64,000 nucleotides of DNA from a bacterium (lineage in GTDB: Bacteria; UBA8248). Under the pieces are notes generated by a model that made no database searches, had not been told where the DNA came from, and saw only the letters and a program-made list of their open reading frames with translations. Of this stretch, positions 9,201-18,558 are shown one piece after another. How positions within the stretch are numbered: position 1 is the stretch's first letter; each line of letters starts with the position of its first letter. The DNA lies in NCBI GenBank assembly GCA_963692865.2, contig OY843592.1:480001-544000 (forward strand), in the 5' to 3' direction. The position numbers and the translations under genes are program-made.

Positions 9201-9264
9201 ACCTGCGGGCGGACTTCGCCGCCTTCCAAAAGCGAATCACACTCGATCCTCAAGGAGATGAACC

Positions 9265-9627
9265 ATGCGCGCCCAAAAATACAGTTGGGACGAAATGCCC
9301 GAGGAGGTCTTGAACGATACCTTATCGCGAAAGATGGTGGTGGGCGAAAAAGAGATGCTTTGCTGGCTCCAGCTCAAACCCGGGTGCGTGGTGCCCCTGC
9401 ACAGCCACGAGCACGAGCAGATCTCCCACGTCATCAAGGGAAGACTTCGGTTCTTCATTGACGATGAAACCGTGGAAATCGGGCCGGGTGAAACGCTCCT
9501 CATCCCACCACACGTCCCCCACTCCGTGGAAGTCGTGGGCGATGAGACGGCGATAGACTACGACATCTTCAGCCCCATCCGCGAAGACTGGGTCGACGGG
9601 ACCGATGATTACCTGAGAGACGAATAA
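9265..9627 (+). CDS. Cupin_2 domain protein
   Basis: PLHSHEHEQ...IPPHVPH...DIFSPIRED. Confidence 0.9.
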   Translation: MRAQKYSWDEMPEEVLNDTLSRKMVVGEKEMLCWLQLKPGCVVPLHSHEHEQISHVIKGRLRFFIDDETVEIGPGETLLIPPHVPHSVEVVGDETAIDYDIFSPIREDWVDGTDDYLRDE

Positions 9628-9767
9628 CCGGAATTCACCCGCCGTAGGCTGGCCTGCCGCCGCGAGAGCGTATCGGTGCGGCCTCCCTGCGCGCCGTTTG
9701 GTGCGTTCCGCGACTTGCCAAACAATACGAACCCAGAAAAAATTCCGAAACTCATGATTTCCCTTCA

Positions 9768-9937
9768 TCCCCAGATATTGTATCCACAACCCATCCACAT
9801 ACTATATATGGATTCCCTCTAACCAGTTGCTTTATTTGAGGTAATCCGGTTTCCCCCATCTGGATAAACTGTGGGTAAAATCCCCTTTTTAACCCAATAT
9901 CTTGTGTGGCGAGAAAAAAATATACTACATTTTGTAT
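9768..9937. promoter_or_regulatory. Two tandem pairs of NrdR-box-like palindromes with interspersed DnaA-box-like 9-mers
   Basis: Boxes tccCcAgATaTtGtat (9768), ataCtAtATaTgGatt (9799), accCaAtATcTtGtgt (9892), ataCtAcATtTtGtat (9922), spaced 31 and 30 nt. DnaA-like GTATCCACA 9780, TCTGGATAA 9859, TGTGGGTAA 9870. Confidence 0.65.
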
Positions 9938-9945
9938 TAAATTTC

Positions 9946-9974
9946 TTGACAGATGGAAAAATTCGGCTTACCTT
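9946..9974 (+). promoter_or_regulatory. Sigma70-type promoter
   Basis: TTGACA-17 nt-TACCTT. Confidence 0.65.
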
Positions 9975-9980
9975 GTCAGG

Positions 9981-10275
9981 CAAGGGTAGCAGATAAAGTC
10001 ACTTCAGCAAGAGTTCAGGTAGGCGCGTCCGCCCCACATCTTTACAGAAAAGTAATTTTCGCAGGAAGGTCGTCGACGTTTGTCGTGATGTTGGGCGGAA
10101 AAGTGATCCTTCCGGGCATCGCCTGCCCTTTCCTTCCAGATGATGCCCTAATCCCACCTAGGGGCCCCCACGGGGCCCCATAAATATGAAATACCGGCCT
10201 ACGGGCACCGACGCCGGATGCCGCTCAAGCACCGTTCAGAACAAAACAGCCCCCCTCGCCGGGAGGGGGGCTTTC
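9981..10275 (+). ncRNA. Candidate structured non-coding RNA of unknown family
   Basis: Lies between the promoter and a terminator-like hairpin. Contains several stems and no ORF with a credible RBS. Confidence 0.3.
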
Positions 10276-10276
10276 T
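10248..10276. terminator. Probable bidirectional intrinsic terminator
   Basis: AGCCCCCCTC-GCCGG-GAGGGGGGCT hairpin flanked by A/T runs, downstream of hflC. Confidence 0.65.
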
Positions 10277-10291
10277 ATATCAGAGACGATA

Positions 10292-11245
10292 TTACTCGGA
10301 TTTTTTCTCTGCCGTTTCCTTGAGTCTGCTCTCGGCTTTGACTTGCTCCACACCCTTGTTCTCGGAGCTTTGCAGGAAGCGGAGGAAATCACTGCTTGCG
10401 GGCAGCACCAGGGTCGTCTTGTCCTTGAGCGAGCCCTCATACACTTCGAGGCTCTTCAGGAAAGCGTAGAATTCCTCATCCTGCCCGAACGCCTGGGCAT
10501 TGATGTCAATGCTCTTGGCGTCTCCCTCGCCCTTGATGGTCTGTTCTTTCTCGTAAGCCTCCGCGAGGAGCACGTCTCGCTCACGATTGGTCTCCGCCCG
10601 TATCTTTTGGGCCTGCTCTTTTCCTTCCGAGCGGTACTGGCGGGCGATTCTCTGCCGCTCGGCCTGCATGCGCCCGTAAATGGCCTTCAGGTTCTCGGTG
10701 GGCAAATCGGCGCGCTTCAAGCGCACGTCCACGATCTGAATGCCGTAGGCGCGCGCTTTCTTGTCACTTTCTTTCGTGACCTTGGCCATCAGTTGCGCGC
10801 GTTCTTTCGCCACGATGTCGATCAGGTCCTTGCGGCCGAGTTCCAGGCGCAATTCACTGTAGATGATGTCGTCGAGCCGGGCCTGCGCCCCCGTTTCGTT
10901 GCGGACGGTGCGCAGGAACTGCAGCGGATCGACGATGCGCCAGCGCGAGAAGTTATCCACCACGAGGGATTTCTTGTCCTGCGTGATGATCTCCGTGGGG
11001 TTGGAGTCGTACTCCAGCAGGCGTCGGTCGAAAAACGAGAGTTGCTCCACGAACGGCAGCCGATAGTGAAGGCCCGCATTCCGCAAGACTCGCACGGGCT
11101 TGCCAAACCGGGTGACGACCACCTGTCTGTCTTCGCGAATCGTGAACAGCAGCGAATTGAGGCCAAAGACGATTATCAGGATCAAGACGAACAGGGCGAT
11201 CGTCTTTTTGGGCAATTTTCTGGTTTCTGCTCCCTCGGCGCTCAT
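10292..11245 (-). CDS. hflC: Protease modulator HflC
   Basis: SPFH domain with DKKSLVVD, YGIQIVDVRLKRADLP, RMQAER..IA..YRSEG; overlaps the hflK stop. Confidence 0.93.
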   Translation of the reverse strand: MSAEGAETRKLPKKTIALFVLILIIVFGLNSLLFTIREDRQVVVTRFGKPVRVLRNAGLHYRLPFVEQLSFFDRRLLEYDSNPTEIITQDKKSLVVDNFSRWRIVDPLQFLRTVRNETGAQARLDDIIYSELRLELGRKDLIDIVAKERAQLMAKVTKESDKKARAYGIQIVDVRLKRADLPTENLKAIYGRMQAERQRIARQYRSEGKEQAQKIRAETNRERDVLLAEAYEKEQTIKGEGDAKSIDINAQAFGQDEEFYAFLKSLEVYEGSLKDKTTLVLPASSDFLRFLQSSENKGVEQVKAESRLKETAEKKSE

Positions 11246-12288
11246 CGTTTCGTCACCCCTTCAATTCCATTCCCCCGCAGCGGGAGTATGGGCAGAACGC
11301 CCGATTTGCCCTGATCCAGGATCACCTTGTCCACAGTCGGCATCACCTCTTTCATCATTTCGAGGTAGAGCCTCTCGCGCGTGATCGCCGGCGCTTTTCT
11401 GTATTCCTTGAGCGTCGCCAGGAAGCGATTCGCATCACCACGGGCGTGGCGGATCTTGGTCTCCCGGTAGGCTTCCGATTTCCTGATGATGGCGGCCACC
11501 TTGCCCCGCGTCTCGGGTATCACCTGGTTCTGATAGCCCTGGGCCTCGTTCACGAGGCGGTTTCTGTCCTCACGGGCGCTGGCCACGTCCTTGAAGGCGT
11601 GAATGACTTCCTTGGGCGGCGTCACGTCCTGTAGCTGCACAGCCACCACTCGCAAGCCGGTTTCGTAGCGATCCAGTATCTTCTGAAGCTCCACGAGCGT
11701 CTCCTGCTGAATCGCGCCCTTGCCGGTGGTGAGCGCCTCGTCGATGGGCTTGCTGCCCACCACCTGGCGGATGGCGGCCTCCGCCGCGTGCACCACCGTT
11801 TCTCTGGGGTTGCGCACCTTGAAGAGATACTTGTCCGCCTCCACGATGAGGTACTGGACGATCATGTCGACGTCCACCATGTTCTCGTCCCCGGTCAGCA
11901 TCCTCGATTCATGGGGCTTGTCCGAATATCGGGCGGGAGGCCCGGGGTCGATGGTGCGGAAACCGATCTCCACGCGCTTCACTTCCGTGACTTTCGGCGT
12001 ATAGGCGGTCTCCATCGGGAAGGGCATATGGTAGTTCAGGCCCGAGGACACCACCCGGTCGATGCGTCCGAAGCGCAGCACGATTCCCTGCTCGTCCGGC
12101 CCCACGCTGAAAATACCCGAAGCCAGCCAGAGCAGGGCCGCCACCACGAATATGGCAACGGAGGGAAGTTTGAAATTCGGCAGACGGAACTGCGGCAGCT
12201 TGATCTGCGGCGGGATGCCGCCACCGCCGCCGCCTCCTGATCCACCCCCCTGTCTTCTCGATTTGAACTCATCCCAATCCATCGGCAT
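11242..12288 (-). CDS. hflK: FtsH protease activity modulator HflK
   Basis: Gly-rich N-terminus and TM helix; MLTGDEN, AFKDVASARED, EYRKAPAITRERLYLE. Confidence 0.93.
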   Translation of the reverse strand: MPMDWDEFKSRRQGGGSGGGGGGGIPPQIKLPQFRLPNFKLPSVAIFVVAALLWLASGIFSVGPDEQGIVLRFGRIDRVVSSGLNYHMPFPMETAYTPKVTEVKRVEIGFRTIDPGPPARYSDKPHESRMLTGDENMVDVDMIVQYLIVEADKYLFKVRNPRETVVHAAEAAIRQVVGSKPIDEALTTGKGAIQQETLVELQKILDRYETGLRVVAVQLQDVTPPKEVIHAFKDVASAREDRNRLVNEAQGYQNQVIPETRGKVAAIIRKSEAYRETKIRHARGDANRFLATLKEYRKAPAITRERLYLEMMKEVMPTVDKVILDQGKSGVLPILPLRGNGIEGVTKR

Positions 12289-12394
12289 GAGCGTCTCTCC
12301 TATTGGCGACGTATGATTTTTGTCGAGACGGAGCGCAAAATATCGCCTCATCAAGCGCCCATCCGCTTCACCCTATGCGCGTTATGGTTTGAAG

Positions 12395-13357
12395 TCAACC
12401 AACCCGAATCCGTTTTCGTCGCACTTGGGCCTCGTTTTTCGCGATTCGCCGGCGCGAAGGCAAACCACCCTGCGCGCCGCGTCTCGTCACCGAACAAGAC
12501 CCGGCGGCGACGGCGAAGCGAACCGCATCCTCGAAACCCGCGCCCTCCGCCAGTTTCGCCGCCAGCGCGCCGCAAAACGCATCTCCCGCGCCCGTGGTAT
12601 CCACTACCTCTATTTCGGCGGAGGGCCTGAACCAGAAAGCCCCTTCCCCGTCCAGTAGAAAAGCTCCCTTTGCGCCCGCCGTGATGACGATCTGCGACGG
12701 TCCCAGACCCTGCAGGTCGCGGGCGGCGCGCAGGAATTCCGCGTCGATTTCGGGTGTTCTCTCGAGTTTCGCCAAATACGCCGCTTCAGTTTCGTTGGGC
12801 GCGAGCACGTCGGTCAGGCGAAGCAACTCATCGGACAATTCCCCCGCCGCCGGAGCCGGGTTCAGGAGGTTGCAGGCACCGCGCTTTCTTCCTTTCCGAA
12901 ACGCGGTCATGATAGACGGAACCGGAACCTCGAGTTGCGCCAGAACGACGTCGCCGAAATCGAGAAGCCCGGACTTTGTTCTCATTCGACCGGGGGTGAG
13001 AAGCGCGTTCGCGCCGGGGGCAACGGCGATTTGGTTCTCGCCCTTCTCGTCCACCACGATGAGCGCCGTCCCCGTGCTCGCTTTGGAGCGCAGTATCCCG
13101 TCGGGCGATATCCCGCTCTCCGCAAGGTGCCGGGCGTAGCCGTCCCCGCCCGCGTCGTCTCCCAACATGGTGACGAAGCGCACCTCCGCCCCGGCGCGGA
13201 CGGCCGCCAAGGCCTGGTTCGCCCCTTTACCGCCCCAATACTCGCGCCGCTCGTCCCCCAGGACGGTCTCGCCAGCGGAGGGGAGTTTGTCCACGCGAAC
13301 GACGATGTCGATGTTCGAGCTTCCCACCACCAGGACGGCGCCTTTCCTACTCTTCAT
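12395..13357 (-). CDS. rbsK: Ribokinase (PfkB family)
   Basis: VVGSSNID, GGKGANQA, PNETEA, DTTGAGDAF. Confidence 0.9.
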   Translation of the reverse strand: MKSRKGAVLVVGSSNIDIVVRVDKLPSAGETVLGDERREYWGGKGANQALAAVRAGAEVRFVTMLGDDAGGDGYARHLAESGISPDGILRSKASTGTALIVVDEKGENQIAVAPGANALLTPGRMRTKSGLLDFGDVVLAQLEVPVPSIMTAFRKGRKRGACNLLNPAPAAGELSDELLRLTDVLAPNETEAAYLAKLERTPEIDAEFLRAARDLQGLGPSQIVITAGAKGAFLLDGEGAFWFRPSAEIEVVDTTGAGDAFCGALAAKLAEGAGFEDAVRFAVAAGSCSVTRRGAQGGLPSRRRIAKNEAQVRRKRIRVG

Positions 13358-14399
13358 CGGCGTCCCACCCGCGGTATCTGCGCAGATGCGAGATGAAAAA
13401 CGACAGAAAACCCTTTACGTCCAGATCCAGGGCCACATCGACGGGGTTCTTGACCCGCGCCGTCTTGTTCTCCCTCAGATCCACCACCGTCATTCCGCGC
13501 GCGATGCCCTTGCTTGCGTCCACGTCCACGCGGCAGGGGACGGTCTCCACCAAATCCGGCTTCATCGCGACGGCGAGCGCCAGAGGATCGTGCAGGGTGA
13601 TGTCGTCCGCCCCCCTTCGTTTCTTGGAGAACTTCGCATAGACCCGGGCGAGGTCCCTGAGCGCCGCGCGAAACGCTCCGCCGCCCTCGAATTCATCGAC
13701 GCGAAGGAGCGCGCGCCTCGTCACGTCCAGACCCACCATGGTGATGGGCAGGCCCGACGAGAACACCTCCTTCGCTGCCAGCGGATCGCAATAGATGTTG
13801 AACTCGGCCGCAGGCGTCACGTTCCCGGGCATCCGGGCGGCTCCTCCCATGACCACAATCCGCCTCACTCGGGAGAAGACCCCTGGCGCGCGCCGGAGCG
13901 CCAGGGCCAGATTCGTCAGCGGCCCCAGCGTGATGATCGTCAACGCCGTACCCCTCTCCTCGGCCCGCTCGACAAGCACCTCCCAGGCCGGTTTCGAATT
14001 CCCCCTGCTCATCCGTGGCAAGCGCCTTTTGTTCCTGAACATCGCTCCCAAGCCTTCGGGGCCGTGAATCGCGCGCGATTCGCTCCGGTTCAGGCGGCTT
14101 CCGTCCAGGGCCAGCGCGGCGCCCGGAAAGACGCGAACTTCCGGGACGGGAAACTCGAGATGATCGTGGAAGAATGAGACGAGTCTTCTCGCGTTCCGGT
14201 AAGCCAGACGCACGGAAACGTTGCCGTGCACGGTCGTCACGGCGTCGTACCTGAAAAAGGGGCATGCGAAGCCCATCGCCAGGGCGAGCGCGTCGTCCAC
14301 GCCCGGGTCGCAATCCACCAGGGCGTATCGAACAACCGATCCGCCTTTATTTCCCGCCGCCACACCCAACCCCTTTCTCGTTCGAGAAATACGTGTCAT
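13347..14399 (-). CDS. Inosine/uridine-preferring nucleoside hydrolase
   Basis: DCDPGVDD, IHGPEGLG, LGPLTNLA, AEFNIYCDP, LHDP. Start uncertain. Confidence 0.9.
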   Translation of the reverse strand: MTRISRTRKGLGVAAGNKGGSVVRYALVDCDPGVDDALALAMGFACPFFRYDAVTTVHGNVSVRLAYRNARRLVSFFHDHLEFPVPEVRVFPGAALALDGSRLNRSESRAIHGPEGLGAMFRNKRRLPRMSRGNSKPAWEVLVERAEERGTALTIITLGPLTNLALALRRAPGVFSRVRRIVVMGGAARMPGNVTPAAEFNIYCDPLAAKEVFSSGLPITMVGLDVTRRALLRVDEFEGGGAFRAALRDLARVYAKFSKKRRGADDITLHDPLALAVAMKPDLVETVPCRVDVDASKGIARGMTVVDLRENKTARVKNPVDVALDLDVKGFLSFFISHLRRYRGWDADEE

Positions 14400-14776
14400 G
14401 TCGTATGGACATCCGGCTTTTCCATACAAACAATACCCCATATCGAGCGGTGCAATCCATTTCGCCTCCTCGATATCCGGTCTTTCGAGGCGAAACGAAG
14501 GAGCGTGGGTTCGTAACGATAAAAAGATCAACGAGTTAAGACCAATTTCTCATTTTGTTTTATAATTTTCATTATTTTCCCTTGCCTTATGAAATAAAAT
14601 AACTCATTAAATTTCAATATCTTAAGTTGATTTCACCATGTCCGAAATTGACAAAGCGCCTTTTTTCATATACTTATGTCTGCTTATAGAATTTGAGTTG
14701 CGCAAAATCACCCGAAACCATACGGGGGCGCAAATCTTTTCATCCTCACTACGAGAGGCTTTCCCACAACTTCGAA

Positions 14777-16876
14777 ATGGCCAAATCCGCATCGCCTTCC
14801 ACGTCGAGAAAACGAATTATCGCCGCGATTGACATCGGTGGCACGTTCACCGACATCGCGATTTACAATCCATCGAACGGAAAAACCTCGGTGGGCAAGT
14901 ATCTCACGACGCCGAACGACCCTTCCATCGGCGCGCTCGCAGGCCTTCGGACGCTGCTTGATGAGGAAAGTCTGCGGTTCCGCGACCTCGGGCAGGCGAT
15001 TCACGCAACCACCCTCGCCACCAACGCGATCATCGAGAAAAAAGGAGCGGCCACGGGCCTTCTCGCCACGAAGGGATTCGCCGACATCCTCCTGATGGGC
15101 CGCGAATCCAGATACGACATCTACGACATCGTGCCTGAATTTCCGGATCCCCTGGTCCCCGGGCCCTTTCGCCGCGAATTGACCGAGCGGATTTCCGCGG
15201 CCGGGGAAATTCTCCAGCCCCTGAGCACCCAGGAGGTGAAGGTAACGATTCAGGAACTCGTGGAAAAGGGGGCGGAATCCATAGCGGTGTGCCTTTTGCA
15301 CTCCTACTCCAATCCGGCCCACGAAAGCGAAGTCGGCGAAGCGATAGCCCAATCGTTTCCCGAAGTGAGTTTCAGCCTCTCCTCTCAGGTTTGCCCGGAA
15401 ATCAGGGAATACGAGAGAACGTCCACCACGGTGGCCAACGCCTACATTCAGCCGATCGTCTCGAAATATCTCGAAGACCTGGAAGTCAACCTCGAAAACG
15501 TCTCGCTCTATATCATGCTGTCGAACGGCGGCATCGCCACGGCGCAATCCGCCGGACGCAGCCCCATACGCATGTTCGAGTCGGGACCCGCGGCGGGAGC
15601 GCTCTCCTCGGCCTATTTCGGGAAACTCGGCGGATTCGAGAATCTTCTCGCCTTCGACATGGGCGGCACCACCGCCAAATCCTGCATCATCGAAAACGGC
15701 GAACCTCACCTCTCCGTTCAGTTCGAGATTGCGCGCGTCAAGCGCTTTACCAAGGGCAGTGGAATGCCCATCCAGGTGCCGTGCATCGATCTCATCGAAG
15801 TCGGCGCCGGAGGAGGCAGCATTGCGCGAATCGACGATTTGGGATTGCTCAAGGTCGGCCCCGAGAGTCAGGGGGCGTCCCCCGGGCCCGCCTGCTACGG
15901 ACTGGGCGGAGAAGAACCCACGGTGACCGACGCCAACCTGCTTCTCGGCTACATCAATCCCGATTATTTCCTGGGCGGCGAGATGCCCGTTTTCCCCGAG
16001 GCGGCATCCGAAGCCATACGCGCCAAAATCGCCGACCCGATGAAGATCGAAGAAATCCAGGCGGCCTGGGGCATTCACGAGCTGGTGAACGAAACCATGG
16101 CCGCAGCCGCTCGCATCAAGCTCTCCGAGCGCGGGAAAGACCCTCGCAACTTCACCCTCATGGCCACGGGCGGCGCGGGCCCCGTTCATGCCTTCCGGCT
16201 TGCGCGCAAGGTGGGACTCAAGCGCATCGTCTGCCCGCCCGGCGCGGGCCTGGCTTCCAGTTTGGGGCTCCATACCGTGCCCTTCAAGGTGGACACCGTG
16301 GACAGCCAGGTGATGGCGCTCGAAGACGTGAACCTCTCCAGGCTGAACGAGACGCTCAATCGGCGCGAAAAGCGGCTTCGCCAGGTCCTCACCGAAGCAG
16401 GGGTGAGGGAGCGCGAAATCCGGATTCAGCGCATGGCGGACATCAGCTTCGAGGGCCAAGGCTTTCCGCTCACCATCCCCATCCCGACCGGAAAACTGAC
16501 GCGAAACCATTTTGGAGAGATCAGCGAAACCTATCGCGAACACTACGCCTCGGCTCATGGGCGCGCCATCGACGAAGTGCCGCTGCAGATATTCAGTTGG
16601 CGAATCTTCGGCATGGGGCCGGAACCCAACGTGAGCTTCGATTTCTCGAACCTGCCCGAAAAAGACGTGAAAAACGCCTTGAAGGGCAACCGGCGCATCT
16701 ACATGCCGGAGAACAAGGGCTTTCGGAAAGTAAACATCTTCGACCGCTATCTGTTGAAGCCGGGTCAGAAGTTCAAGGGGCCGGCGTTGATAGAAGAGAG
16801 AATGACGACGACCGTCATCGGGCCGCGCTCGAACTTCCAGGTCGATAAATTCCAGAACCTGATCATCGAACTCTAG
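14777..16876 (+). CDS. Hydantoinase/oxoprolinase alpha subunit (HyuA-like)
   Basis: IDIGGTFTD, HATTLATNA, ESGPAAG, DMGGTT, GAGGGSIA. Confidence 0.92.
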   Translation: MAKSASPSTSRKRIIAAIDIGGTFTDIAIYNPSNGKTSVGKYLTTPNDPSIGALAGLRTLLDEESLRFRDLGQAIHATTLATNAIIEKKGAATGLLATKGFADILLMGRESRYDIYDIVPEFPDPLVPGPFRRELTERISAAGEILQPLSTQEVKVTIQELVEKGAESIAVCLLHSYSNPAHESEVGEAIAQSFPEVSFSLSSQVCPEIREYERTSTTVANAYIQPIVSKYLEDLEVNLENVSLYIMLSNGGIATAQSAGRSPIRMFESGPAAGALSSAYFGKLGGFENLLAFDMGGTTAKSCIIENGEPHLSVQFEIARVKRFTKGSGMPIQVPCIDLIEVGAGGGSIARIDDLGLLKVGPESQGASPGPACYGLGGEEPTVTDANLLLGYINPDYFLGGEMPVFPEAASEAIRAKIADPMKIEEIQAAWGIHELVNETMAAAARIKLSERGKDPRNFTLMATGGAGPVHAFRLARKVGLKRIVCPPGAGLASSLGLHTVPFKVDTVDSQVMALEDVNLSRLNETLNRREKRLRQVLTEAGVREREIRIQRMADISFEGQGFPLTIPIPTGKLTRNHFGEISETYREHYASAHGRAIDEVPLQIFSWRIFGMGPEPNVSFDFSNLPEKDVKNALKGNRRIYMPENKGFRKVNIFDRYLLKPGQKFKGPALIEERMTTTVIGPRSNFQVDKFQNLIIEL

Positions 16877-16888
16877 GAGAGCCTCGAC

Positions 16889-18550
16889 ATGGCCCGCAAG
16901 GGTATTGATTCGATTACCTTGGAAGTCCTCTGGAACCGCTTCATCGCCATCGCCGAGGAGGCGGCCACCGAGATCGTCCGCACCGCCTTTTCCACCACGA
17001 TACGCGAATCGAGAAACTTCGCCGTCATCATATTGAACCCGGGCGGTCAGTCCATCGCCCAGGCCAGGTCCACCATGCCCAGCTTCGTGGGCGCCCTGCC
17101 GATTACGGCCAAAAAACTTCTGCAGATATTCCCGCAGGAATCCCTCAAGCCCGACGACCTCATCCTCACGAACGACCCGTGGATGGGAACCGGCCATCTT
17201 CAGGATCTCACCTCTCTCACGCCGGTATTCTACAAGTCGAAGCTGGTCGCCCTCATCGGCATCACCACCCAGGTAACGGACATGGGGGGGAAACTGAGGT
17301 CCCCCGAGGTGCGCGAGATTTACGAAGAAGGCCTCCAGCTTCCGCCCTGCAAGTACATGTCGGCGGGCCAGATCAACGAGGACATTCTGCGCATCATCAG
17401 AAAAAACGTGCGCGTGCCGAATCAGGTGGAGGGAGACCTGATCTCCCACATGTCCGCCGGAAGGCTCGCCGCCAAGCGCATCGGCGAGATGCTCGAAGAA
17501 TACAAGCTCGCCGACCTCGAAGCGCCGGCCACCACGATCTTCCAGCGTTCCGAAAACGCCATGCGCGAGGCCATCAAGAAGGTGGAAGACGGAGAATACC
17601 GCTTTCAGGTGTCCACCGACGGATATGACGAGCCGCTCGTCATCCGCGTGGAGGTGAAGGTTCGCGGCAGCAGCATTCTGGTGGATTACACGGGTTCGTC
17701 CCCGCAGGTCGACCGCGGCCTGAACGCCGTTTTGAGCTACGTCTATTCCTATTCCGCCTATTCGCTCAAATGCCTGTTCTGTCCGCAGATTCCCAACAAC
17801 GAGGGCAACTTCCGGCCCGTGACGGTATCGGCCCCCGAAGGCAGCATACTGAATCCGCGCTACCCGGCGCCCGTGAACGGACGCTCCATGGTGGGACATT
17901 TCATCCCCTCGGCCATTTTCGGCGCGCTGTGCAAGGCGGTTCCCAATCTCGTGCAGGCGGCCAGCGGCAGCCCCACCTGGGCCATCAACGCGGCGGGCAT
18001 CACCAAGGAAAACAGGCGCTTCGCCGGCAACTTCTTCCTGCACGGGGGGCAGGGCGCGACGGACAGGCACGACGGGCGCGTATGCCTCGATTTCCCCTCG
18101 AACACGTCGAACACGCCCATCGAAATCCTCGAGCACCTCGTGCCCTTGCTGGTGGAGAGGAAAGCGTCCATCCGGGACAGCGGCGGCGCGGGCAAATACG
18201 CCGGCGGCAACGGCCAGCAGGTCATCGTGAAATCGCTCTCCGACGGACCGATCCTCCTCACGTTCATGAGCGAGCGGACCCGGCACCCCGCCTACGGGTT
18301 GTTCGGCGGCAAAAACGGGCGCGTCGGCAAGGTGACCCTGAACGGACGCCCCATCAATCCCAAGCGCCAATGGGTGATGAACCAAAGCGACAGGCTGGTG
18401 CTGGAAGTGCCGAGCGGGGGCGGTTACGGCGACCCGAAGGACCGCTCCTTCTACGCCATCGAGTACGACCTGCAGGAGGGGCTGCTTTCCGTTCAGAAAG
18501 CCAGAAGCGAATACAATTACGACGGTGACTTCACCGCCGTCGACATGTAG
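16889..18550 (+). CDS. Hydantoinase B/oxoprolinase subunit (HyuB-like)
   Basis: RTAFSTTIRE, TNDPWMGTGHLQD, DSGGAGKY.GG.GQ, GGGYGDP. Confidence 0.92.
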   Translation: MARKGIDSITLEVLWNRFIAIAEEAATEIVRTAFSTTIRESRNFAVIILNPGGQSIAQARSTMPSFVGALPITAKKLLQIFPQESLKPDDLILTNDPWMGTGHLQDLTSLTPVFYKSKLVALIGITTQVTDMGGKLRSPEVREIYEEGLQLPPCKYMSAGQINEDILRIIRKNVRVPNQVEGDLISHMSAGRLAAKRIGEMLEEYKLADLEAPATTIFQRSENAMREAIKKVEDGEYRFQVSTDGYDEPLVIRVEVKVRGSSILVDYTGSSPQVDRGLNAVLSYVYSYSAYSLKCLFCPQIPNNEGNFRPVTVSAPEGSILNPRYPAPVNGRSMVGHFIPSAIFGALCKAVPNLVQAASGSPTWAINAAGITKENRRFAGNFFLHGGQGATDRHDGRVCLDFPSNTSNTPIEILEHLVPLLVERKASIRDSGGAGKYAGGNGQQVIVKSLSDGPILLTFMSERTRHPAYGLFGGKNGRVGKVTLNGRPINPKRQWVMNQSDRLVLEVPSGGGYGDPKDRSFYAIEYDLQEGLLSVQKARSEYNYDGDFTAVDM

Positions 18551-18558
18551 CCCGCCCG

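Noticed and set aside
9953-10183. 76-aa ORF downstream of the NrdR-like boxes
   Set aside because: Its ATG lies within the predicted promoter spacer, it has no RBS, and it shows no recognisable motif.
10050-10240. 6S RNA call based on a GCCGGTATTTCATA segment on the minus strand
   Set aside because: I could not find the long closing stem and central bubble of 6S; left as an unclassified candidate RNA.
14708-18385. 1225-aa antisense ORF spanning hydantoinase A/B
   Set aside because: Shadow ORF caused by high-GC codon bias on the coding strand; no recognisable motifs. The same applies to other long Arg/Gly/Pro-rich overlapping ORFs.
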